From contig OZ244239.1 in NCBI GenBank assembly GCA_965217115.1, positions 224,001-288,000 of the forward strand: 64,000 bases of DNA, read 5' to 3'. The DNA is from Bdellovibrionales bacterium. GTDB taxonomy: Bacteria > Bdellovibrionota > Bdellovibrionia > Bdellovibrionales > CAYMLA01. Shown piece after piece: positions 29,146 through 37,900 of the stretch (position 1 is its first letter; every line of letters starts with the position of its first letter). The position numbers and the translations under genes are program-made. The notes under the pieces were generated by a model. It saw only the letters and a program-made list of their open reading frames with translations, made no database searches and was not told where the DNA came from.

Positions 29146-29175
29146 AATGATACGGCAAAATACCGTATTATTCAA
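29146..29175 (-). promoter_or_regulatory. Sigma70-like promoter overlapped by a palindromic operator (TA autoregulation)
   Basis: Minus strand TTGAAT-N17-TATCAT. Inverted repeat AATGATACGG (29146-29155) / CCGTATTATT (29163-29172), one mismatch. Confidence 0.65.
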
Positions 29176-29351
29176 GAGCTTAAAAATTTTAAATATAACT
29201 CTCTAGAATCAGGCTATTTTCTCAGATATGTCATTATTTATAGTGAGTTTGCACTAAAGATATAGGCTCTTATTTAATTTCCTGTGCCGGAGAGAGTTGC
29301 CTCAAAAAAATCGATGAAAATCGGGGGGCGGGTTGTTACTCTTAATGACCA

Positions 29352-30899
29352 TCACTTGATACCTGATTTTTTTCGGATGATAAAAACCGCACAGAGTAGG
29401 GATAAGCCTATGAGTAAGAGTTTATAGAATAATTCTGAGTCTTTTTGTTTTTTTACTGATGACAGATCTCTTTTTCCTCTGGCAATAGCAGCAGGGCTCC
29501 TAGAGCTATCTGCAGATTTATTTAAAATACCTGCCACATTGCTACTTTCATCAAAAACAATTTTGATATTACTTTTAGAGAAATCACCTAACTTAACATA
29601 AGCTATCTCCCATGTATCCACTGGCGACGCTATCATAAGTTCAGCTGAATTTTTTTCCTGGGAATAACCCTCCTCTGATGGATAAGGGTCACCATATTCA
29701 CGGCCAATTCTCTCAAGGTCCTGGCTTAGTAGTTCTTTCTGCAAGGCTTTTATTTCAGAGGACGATTGATTCGTTTTCCAGCGTTCAAGCTGTTCTCTTC
29801 CTTGTTCAAGCAGTCGGGAATAAGTCCCTGCAATAGTGGACTTTCCCAAAGAACTGAGTTCTCTACCTTGTAACTTAATCGGAATGGCCGCTACTAACGA
29901 TTTGAAGTCTGTCCCAATATATAAACCTGATAGAGATTCATATATTTCTCCATAGGATTTATCTTTATTTTGTATTAGTCGGGATATAACAGTTTGTTGA
30001 TTACTCGGCACCCAAGTTTTTATATCACTTGTTGGAGGTGGTGGGTAGTGACTATAATGGAAATTATGAGAAATCGTTTTTCTTACGATTTCTATATATT
30101 CATTTTGATATAGATCATCAGGCTCTAAACTTCTATTAATTTCTACGCCTATATCCTGATCCTGAAACCCCAGCTTCCAAGTTCTACAATCAAAAGAGTC
30201 CTCATAGGAAAAAAATTGACCAGAGATGGGCTTGGTTAACCAACATTTTGGATTAGAACCCAGAGGAGTTAAGCTGTTGGAAGGAGGCTCTTGATCGTCT
30301 CTATTACCTTTATTATCTCCATTACTTCTATTACCTCTTCTCCCCCAATGCTTGTAATACAAAGACCCACTAGAGACAGAAAATACAATCCTACCACTGT
30401 CGTTCGGCATCCCATCTTTTAAAACTATAATAAAAGCTCCATACTTGCTCTCAAAAAAAGACTTCCATCCATATCGCTCCTCACCGGCTGCCGTAACATA
30501 CGCATATACATAATTATATTTTATCTCATTTCTACTATCACCTGTACTAGCCCTATCAAAAATAACGTCTTCACCATTACTTTGAAATTTAAAAGATAAA
30601 TTCCCTTTATAGAGCTGACCTCCTTGTTCAGTCCCCAAACCGGAGTCAGCTAAATCTAAACTTATCTTAATATTTTTGATATCAATGCTAGATAAAATAG
30701 GTTCTTCACTTAAATATAAATTTTTCCACTCATTAAACTGAGTTGTCTCTTCAGGAGAGAAGTCCATAGAAAAAAGGGCCTTCTCAGCTGACTGAGTAGG
30801 ATTATCACTGTTAACATCTCCGACATCACTGTTAAGATCTTCTACATCAACGCCTTCACAACCTAGAATAAATACAAATAATATGAGTATACGCTTCAT
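29352..30899 (-). CDS. Hypothetical lipoprotein with C-terminal membrane anchor
   Basis: Lipobox ILG-C at residue 14, C-terminal hydrophobic helix LLLIGLSLLCAVFII followed by RKK, GGAGGGG RBS. AT-richer than flanks. Confidence 0.7.
   Translation of the reverse strand: MKRILILFVFILGCEGVDVEDLNSDVGDVNSDNPTQSAEKALFSMDFSPEETTQFNEWKNLYLSEEPILSSIDIKNIKISLDLADSGLGTEQGGQLYKGNLSFKFQSNGEDVIFDRASTGDSRNEIKYNYVYAYVTAAGEERYGWKSFFESKYGAFIIVLKDGMPNDSGRIVFSVSSGSLYYKHWGRRGNRSNGDNKGNRDDQEPPSNSLTPLGSNPKCWLTKPISGQFFSYEDSFDCRTWKLGFQDQDIGVEINRSLEPDDLYQNEYIEIVRKTISHNFHYSHYPPPPTSDIKTWVPSNQQTVISRLIQNKDKSYGEIYESLSGLYIGTDFKSLVAAIPIKLQGRELSSLGKSTIAGTYSRLLEQGREQLERWKTNQSSSEIKALQKELLSQDLERIGREYGDPYPSEEGYSQEKNSAELMIASPVDTWEIAYVKLGDFSKSNIKIVFDESSNVAGILNKSADSSRSPAAIARGKRDLSSVKKQKDSELFYKLLLIGLSLLCAVFIIRKKSGIK
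30300..30335. repeat. In-frame 9-bp degenerate tandem repeat (4 copies)
   Basis: TCTATTACC/TTTATTATC/TCCATTACT/TCTATTACC. Encodes GNRSNGDNKGNR. Confidence 0.6.
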
Positions 30900-30950
30900 A
30901 ACAAAAAGCTCCCCTCCTTTAAAAGAGACAGGTCATTCCCATTTATATTA

Positions 30951-31000
30951 TAGCAACCAGAAGAACCCAGAACAAACCAGAGCAAAGCAGAACAGGCCAA
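30951..31000. repeat. Intergenic 10-bp degenerate tandem repeat (5 copies, about AACAAACCAG)
   Basis: TAGCAACCAG AAGAACCCAG AACAAACCAG AGCAAAGCAG AACAGGCCAA. Confidence 0.65.
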
Positions 31001-31148
31001 AAGCCTCGCTTTCCCGGTGGTTTGTCATGAATTATATTTCCTAAATGCTTTATATCTCTGGAACTTCCAGGGATTTATGATAGACTGCCATGGCGCAAAG
31101 CTGCGGGTTGGATAAAAAAATACAGAGGCTCGTTAATAGGATCAATCT

Positions 31149-32477
31149 ATGCATGAATTTTCTCCACTCAGATCTCTTCCCGAAAAATCTCCCTACAGCT
31201 CTAAAGATGTTTTAGTTTTATTTGGTGAACTCTTCCCTGGGGGATACGCTAACGGGCTTGTTAATGGGGCGAAAAAACGTGGAATGAAAATCATCTACTC
31301 CACAGTCGGTCGCCGTGATAAGGACCCTAACAACGGTCAAAGCATTCTCCGCCCCTTAAATGCAGAGGAATTAGAGACATGCCCCCAACCCCTTATTAAT
31401 ATCCCCCTTGAGGCGGGTTGTGACATGGAGCCGAGTCTCTCTGGCCCCACTCCCATCGAGCAGATGGGAAAAGTCAAAATGAGTGACTGGCAGCAAGTGG
31501 AGCTTGATTGGCAGCAAATTGAACAATCCCGTGAAAGAGCCAATGAACGCTTTAAAAATAATACCGAGGCATTCTTCTCAGAGATAGAACCCCATATTGC
31601 TCCGGGAAGTCACGTCCTCTTTGCCCATCTTATGGCAGGAGGAGTCCCGAGGGCTAAGATTTCTATGCCTATTATGAATCGAGTTTTTAAGGGGCAAGGA
31701 GATCGGCATATTCCCTCCCAGGATTTCTATGAATCAGATCTAGGGAAGTTTAGTTTGTTCAACTTTAAGGAAGTGACTTCTGGAACCCTTAAACACCTAC
31801 TCACAGCCTCTAAAGAACTCAAAAATAAAATTGAATCCAACGGAGGCCATGTCAACTATGTTGCCTATGGTTACCATGGAACAGAAATTCTCGTAAAAGA
31901 GAAATTCACCTGGCAGACCTACACTCCCTACTTCCAAGGCTGGGCTAAGAGAGAATTAGAAGACATCGCCTATGATTTCTCTAGTAAGAGTGGAACTCAA
32001 ATCAGTGTTTTTAACTGTCCCGAAATTCTCACCAACTCCAGCTCTGTTTTCAATGGTGTCGAACTCTCTCTCTATCCATTCTTAGGTGCCCTGTCTCGGT
32101 ATAAAGAAAATCCATACATTAAGGGCATTCTGGATCATTGTTTTTCACGCCTTAAAGATGATGTGACTCTGGATCAAATTCTGTCATGCACTGACGATTA
32201 TATGACTTCTGATCTCACCCAAGAGTATTCCCAGTTTGATCTATGGCCACAGTCTAGCGGCAGGGAACAGATGGAGCAAATGCTGAGCACCTCTAGTAAA
32301 CTAAAGGAGCTGCATAAAGACCCTAAGCAGCTTATCACCTTCAGACTCAGTGAACTTATCTTCGAAACCTGTGGAGAAATCATGCTCGATAAGAGCTGGG
32401 CTTTAGAAAAACCAGTTTGGTGGTTAGGCCATGACCTTCTTAGTCAATGTGCAAGTAACAACGAGACGACTGCCTAA
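31149..32477 (+). CDS. fabMG: Enoyl-ACP reductase, FabMG family
   Basis: DVLVLFGELFPGGYANGLV..AKKRGM.I...TVGRRD, INIPLEAG, FAHLMAGGVP, YVAYGYHGT, YTPYFQGWAK, FNCPEILTNSS resemble FabMG as I recall it. Not database-verified. Confidence 0.7.
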   Translation: MHEFSPLRSLPEKSPYSSKDVLVLFGELFPGGYANGLVNGAKKRGMKIIYSTVGRRDKDPNNGQSILRPLNAEELETCPQPLINIPLEAGCDMEPSLSGPTPIEQMGKVKMSDWQQVELDWQQIEQSRERANERFKNNTEAFFSEIEPHIAPGSHVLFAHLMAGGVPRAKISMPIMNRVFKGQGDRHIPSQDFYESDLGKFSLFNFKEVTSGTLKHLLTASKELKNKIESNGGHVNYVAYGYHGTEILVKEKFTWQTYTPYFQGWAKRELEDIAYDFSSKSGTQISVFNCPEILTNSSSVFNGVELSLYPFLGALSRYKENPYIKGILDHCFSRLKDDVTLDQILSCTDDYMTSDLTQEYSQFDLWPQSSGREQMEQMLSTSSKLKELHKDPKQLITFRLSELIFETCGEIMLDKSWALEKPVWWLGHDLLSQCASNNETTA

Positions 32478-34444
32478 GCTGACTTCTTTCCCTTCAACCA
32501 CGACTTCATGACTGCTCCCAGATCGCGGTTTAAGAAATCATCATTTTTAACTTTCTGTTTCTTCTTTAAGCGTATGATATTCAAAGCTCTTTTGGCTTCA
32601 ACCATGCTTGGAGATTTTCGTAGAACCTCCTCTAGCTTATTTTGTGCCAGAGAGCTATTCCCCTTATGCATAGCCAACATACCCTCTAAATACATGTACA
32701 AAAAAGATTGCCGATTCCCTGGAGGAATCGTCGACATTGATTTATCTATGTTTTTAATTATCTCCTCTCTATTCTGCGTGTTTATCATGCATAGCTTCGC
32801 CCATACTATGTACTCTTTTAATTCTTCTGCATCTGGATGAATAACATTGACCTCTTTAAGAATCTCCAATGCCTCCCGACCCTTGTTATTCTGTAGGTTT
32901 GCTTTGGCCTCTTCCATCCTATCATGAACTTTAATTCTTAATTTCAATGTATCCTTCTGGATTTTTTCTTCATACTCTTTACGCCTCTCTGGCGAACTGA
33001 CGTACTCCATGGATTCCTCTAAACTAGAGATGATTTCATCTCTGGCCACAAAAGACTTACTCTGTGCATCTTGTGATAGAGGGAGATTTTCAATGAACTC
33101 CTCAAAAACCATACGTATTTGGGATGATTCTGACCCCAGTCCTATCCCTAAATACTTAAACTGCTCAAAAGCATTTTTCCCACTCAGCTCTCTTTGTATA
33201 TTCTGAAGATTCTCGATCAATTCTTCTTCAGAACAATCTTCTATATGATCTTTACTAAAACTAATGAGTCGTTTAGACACAAGTAGATACAAACCTCTTA
33301 GAATATCTTCACTTGAAACAGTATCTACCTTAAATAGATCTTTGTACTTACGACTTTCGAGTAAAGTTTTTTGTAATATCTGATTATTTTTAAATAAAGG
33401 TTTCCTAAATATCTCATGACCCAGCTGAAACCGTGATCCTTTTATAAGAGAAGCACCTTCAAAGTGACGATAAAAACTCTCCAACCACTCAGGATGAATC
33501 GTCGACATCACCCAATCGTGAAGATAACTAGTCAGCTGATCAGAATCAATATGAAGCTTCTCTAGTTTTACATCAACAGGGATAAACCTAAACTCAATGT
33601 TTTTAGATACCACCCAACGACTCAGACGCAGTATGATCTGATATTCCAGAGCTAGAAGAAAAGAGTGGGGACTAATAACATTAGCCTTAATTAATTTCAC
33701 CCCCAATTTCTCAGACTGGTCTACCTCAGGGTCCCCCAGTACTCGATTCAGATCATCAGCCTTAAGATAGCCCATCTCAATAAGAAGATTACCCAGTAGT
33801 GAATCCTGTCGATTGGTACTCACCGATATAATTTTACCCTCTGACATACTAATCTGGCTCTCTAATCCAGAGCTTTGCTTTAAGGTTAGCTCCCCAGTGG
33901 AACACGTCTCTATAAGAAGACTCAGGAGCATGGGAAATTCAAAACCATGTATCTCCCTAAGCGCACCAACCGAGCGACGAATTTGTACAGGATTATTTTT
34001 ACTCTTATACAAGATATCATTAATAATCTGTCGAGAAGATTGGCCTTGAAAATCTTCCCCTCCCATCACACGGTAATGCCTATCTAATCTTTTGATTAAG
34101 TCTTCTGGAGCAAATGGCTTCTGTAAATAAAAACAAGCTTTTACACTAGAGATCGCTTCTCTAATAAAATACTTATCCTTAAAAACCCCACTCATAAAGG
34201 CAATATCTATCTGAGTGTTTTTTATTTCATTACGTACTTTAAGGGCAAGATCCACTCCCGTCATACCTGAAAGCAAGACATCTGATAGCAACATTTGATA
34301 GGTGTTTTCTTGAATTTTTTTGAGAGCCTTCTCAGGACATTCAACATGATCGACGGAGTAACCAGCCTCTTCCAGGGCGATCTTCAAGACGGAAGCCAAC
34401 GCTTCATCATCTTCTAAAATCAAAATTCTCGCTTTATTATCCAT
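32474..34444 (-). CDS. Response regulator: REC + DUF4388/MshEN-like + degenerate J-domain + TPR
   Basis: ILILEDD, LLSDVLL, FMSG, LQKPF receiver. TGELTL...GKII. LLGNLLIEMG/KLGVKLIKAN...EYQ. YLGI...SPERRKEYE. C-terminal TPR-like helices. Confidence 0.8.
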   Translation of the reverse strand: MDNKARILILEDDEALASVLKIALEEAGYSVDHVECPEKALKKIQENTYQMLLSDVLLSGMTGVDLALKVRNEIKNTQIDIAFMSGVFKDKYFIREAISSVKACFYLQKPFAPEDLIKRLDRHYRVMGGEDFQGQSSRQIINDILYKSKNNPVQIRRSVGALREIHGFEFPMLLSLLIETCSTGELTLKQSSGLESQISMSEGKIISVSTNRQDSLLGNLLIEMGYLKADDLNRVLGDPEVDQSEKLGVKLIKANVISPHSFLLALEYQIILRLSRWVVSKNIEFRFIPVDVKLEKLHIDSDQLTSYLHDWVMSTIHPEWLESFYRHFEGASLIKGSRFQLGHEIFRKPLFKNNQILQKTLLESRKYKDLFKVDTVSSEDILRGLYLLVSKRLISFSKDHIEDCSEEELIENLQNIQRELSGKNAFEQFKYLGIGLGSESSQIRMVFEEFIENLPLSQDAQSKSFVARDEIISSLEESMEYVSSPERRKEYEEKIQKDTLKLRIKVHDRMEEAKANLQNNKGREALEILKEVNVIHPDAEELKEYIVWAKLCMINTQNREEIIKNIDKSMSTIPPGNRQSFLYMYLEGMLAMHKGNSSLAQNKLEEVLRKSPSMVEAKRALNIIRLKKKQKVKNDDFLNRDLGAVMKSWLKGKKSA

Positions 34445-34452
34445 GTAAAACT

Positions 34453-34480
34453 ACATCGGTCAAAACAGAGATAAAATTAA
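34453..34480 (-). promoter_or_regulatory. Sigma28-like promoter, near-leaderless, for the response regulator
   Basis: Minus strand TTAA-N16 (or TAAT-N15)-ACCGATGT, 8 nt before ATG 34444. No SD sequence. Confidence 0.45.
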
Positions 34481-34738
34481 ACTTTCTTTTTCCTCCCCTA
34501 TTGAATAAATAGTTATTTATTTCAGGTACTTAGGAGGAATTTCCCCCAAAATACTCAGATGACCAGATTATGGGCAAAGTCCATTGAATTCCTATGTATT
34601 TAGTGGTATCCCTAGCGCTATGGTTTTTCTCCATGGCTCTGCCTAGAAAAAACCGTTATAAACAATAAAAATGTAGGCTTTCTAAAATTATAACTATTAT
34701 AGAAACGCTCAAACACAAAATGAATCAAGGTGGAGAAG

Positions 34739-34915
34739 ATGGCAAAAAAAGGACGGGTTATTGTAACTTTAGAATGTACTGAAGCTAGGAAGGAAGGGAA
34801 ATCACCCTCTCGCTATACAACCACTAAAAATAAGACCAAAACACCACAGCGTCTTGAAAAAATGAAATACAATCCAACTCTACGTCGGCACACGATGCAT
34901 AAAGAGACCAAATAG
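34739..34915 (+). CDS. rpmG: 50S ribosomal protein L33
   Basis: [15 protein letters not shown]...SRYTTTKNK...[19 protein letters not shown]. Start ATG 34739 behind GGAG. Confidence 0.95.
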   Translation: MAKKGRVIVTLECTEARKEGKSPSRYTTTKNKTKTPQRLEKMKYNPTLRRHTMHKETK

Positions 34916-34946
34916 CCTCTTAAAATATGCTTAGATAATTACACAT

Positions 34947-37900
34947 CTAATCTACCGCGTTTATTATCTTTGTGAAAGATTTTAAGACATCCCGACGATC
35001 TACGCGAAACTCTTGTGAATTTAGTTTATGCCAACCTATAAAACCTAATTTATTCAAAAATGAATCTTGCCTAGGTATTTTTTTATGGGAAAAGATATAA
35101 GTCAATAATGATCGGCGCATAGAAACGTCATCTAACTCACTCATTTTTAGAAGGGTCTTATCAAAGAGTGGAAATGCTGCTAAAACCTCATCCTTCATTA
35201 ACCAGCCGTCTCGATCTCCATCAAATCTTTGAAAGATCACTTCTACGGATAACAGTATTTGTAGAAATGTTCCTAACTGAGCGTATTCATAATCTCCCTC
35301 CTCAATCCAATTTCGAAAACTAACCTTCTCAATCACTGTATTAATATAATCCTTATCCCATACCAACCCTTCATCCTCATCTATATTATTATTATAGAAA
35401 CCCCCACCGCTCACCTCTGTTATTCCTCTGCGATAACGCCCTTTACTCAAACTCCAACCCAAAGGACTCTGGCTATCTTTAACAAACAAGCTCACTAAGC
35501 CTTTCATTAATTTAGGACTATCCGAGAAATCAGAAATAACACTGCTGTAAAACTCTTTAGAGAAACAAGAAAAAACCAATGAAGGCCTTTCATAAATGTC
35601 CAATCTATCTGATTTGCATTTATCCTTAAGAGATTGATAGATCTCTTTTGCATGTGAAGCACCTGATAAAACCATCAGTATTAAATTAACTGCCTCTGCA
35701 TGGTTAATCAATCCATCTCCATTTGAATGATAGGTCAGAATATCAGCATTTAATGCAAGAAATTTCCAGGTTCCATCTATCCTAGGATCAAAGAGCCCAA
35801 ATTCATAGGCCAACTTTTTGAAATCTCCATAGATCGTCTCAAGAGACTCCCCTTTTAGATCAGAGCCTTCAAGGGAATTCTGATTGTAACCTGAAAGAAC
35901 AAGCCTGACTAAAGAGTTTTTCCAGCTAATCTGAGTTAAGTCCTTATGGGTGTAATATATAGAAGATTCTCTAGAAAAATATAATCGTTCTTTTTTATTA
36001 TGCGCTAAAGAAAAATCAATATTAATGACTTCAAAGAGATTCTTTAAATCCTCGGTTATAAGGTTCTCCTTGGACTTAACCTGCCAAATAGAAACATACT
36101 CCTCCCAATTTTCTCTTAAATCGAGAAGAGAATACTTCTTACCTTCTTCGCGATATATGTCATTAATGAAACCCTGAACATTCAGCCACTGATCAATGTC
36201 CGATTTCATATTAACAATCGTCTTATCTGTAACAACGGTTGTTCCTAAATTAGCTTCGCGTCCAAAAATTTTCTGTAAAACATTATTTAAAACATGGGAA
36301 AGTGTCTCCATAGAAACTTCGGAAAACCTCACTCCAGAATCATAAATACCTCTCATTATATCTTCCATCTCTCTTAGGGAAATACTCTTGCCTTCTTTAA
36401 GAGATAAAACACTTCTCAACTCCTTAGACCATATCTCGATAAACCCCTTTAAATGATTTAGACCAGGATAGGTCACAAGCTCTTCTTTAGAGAGATATAT
36501 ATTTATCTGCCAATATGCTATATAAGTAGCTGAGAGTCCTTTCAAAAAATAGGCCCATTCACCTGAAACCACAAGGTCCTTATCTCCCCCAATCAATCCG
36601 CCTTTAACACTTGTGATCAATGGCTCATACTTGTCTACGAGCTCCACTATTTCCGACCAAGTTTCTTCAAATACTTCTTCTCCAATTTGAGGGGCCATGG
36701 TTGTGAAATTTCTTATGTGTAAAACGCCATTGAATTCATCAAATGTTGATCCCCAATCTTCAAATATTTTTAAAACTCCTTCGAGATCATTAACTACCTG
36801 TGCCCAAGGTAAATGCTCCAATGAGAATAGAGGTAAGTGAAGTTGCAATTTCAAATAAAACTGATAGGCATTATTAATAACCTCTGGAACAGCCCTTATA
36901 TCCTTGGAGTTCCAAATATCCCCTCTTCCTCCTACAAACATCGTCTTTACGTGGGGAATCTCTTCACTCCACTCTAAGGGAAATAAAGGGTCTTCTGGAT
37001 AGTACTGATGTATATCTTTAGTCGCTTGAACGATCTCTGACCAACGAAAATACCCTCGCCCATTTAGCTCAGATGCCTTTGCCAGAGCATTAAAAATGAG
37101 TCTATAATCTAAACTATTAAAAGCAAAAGATTTATCTGGGTGCTTTTTATAAATACTCCAACGAGCAAACTCCACATAAATATGTGAGAGACTCTGTAAT
37201 ATATGTTCCAACTCATGGGGACTCACTAAATCACTGTTCTCTCTGGCTAAAGCCATCTGAAATAAGTTTTGTAGAACCCTTTCATCCTTTAACATATCAG
37301 GGATAGAGACTTCCAAAGCTTCTTCAATCGTTTGTAAAAAAGATGAGACATCAGAAATCCGAATACGACCTTTCTGGGCTTTAAAGTTAGAACTAATAAT
37401 ATTGATTGCCCGTGAAATATCTTTTTCAAACTGGGAGAACTCTTCCTTCGGAATTCCCTGTTTCAAGGCCCAGATATTAGATTGATTAGCTAAAATCTTT
37501 CCTACATCCGTCCAAGTCTGTAACTTTTTAGAAGCATAAAAGAAATCCTCCCATGTCCACTTATCTCTATTTCCTCCAATGACCATTGCTTTAAAAGATC
37601 TAACCCAAACCTCTGACTTTTCATCAGACATATCTCTATTGAAAAAAGGTTTTAGAAAAATAGCGACTTCTCTTGAGCCTATAGTTCGTTTATCCTTCTG
37701 CAAAACACGAGATAAGTTTCTCAACATGAGTTTTAGAGATTCCGGATGTTTTGTGAACCCATCTGGGCCTTCTTTATTTAATACTTCTCTATGCTCTCTT
37801 AGAGAAGACAAATAAGACAAATACATCTGAGATGTTCGCTTAAGAAGCTTAACCCACTGCCCTTCTCTTATAATAAAATCTCTCCCTCCTGTAATAATGA

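Noticed and set aside
30951..31000. CRISPR array
   Set aside because: 10-bp units with no spacers, and no cas genes in the window.
27988..31100. Intact integrative element or prophage at tRNA-Cys
   Set aside because: No integrase, no phage genes and no duplicated tRNA 3' end found by eye.
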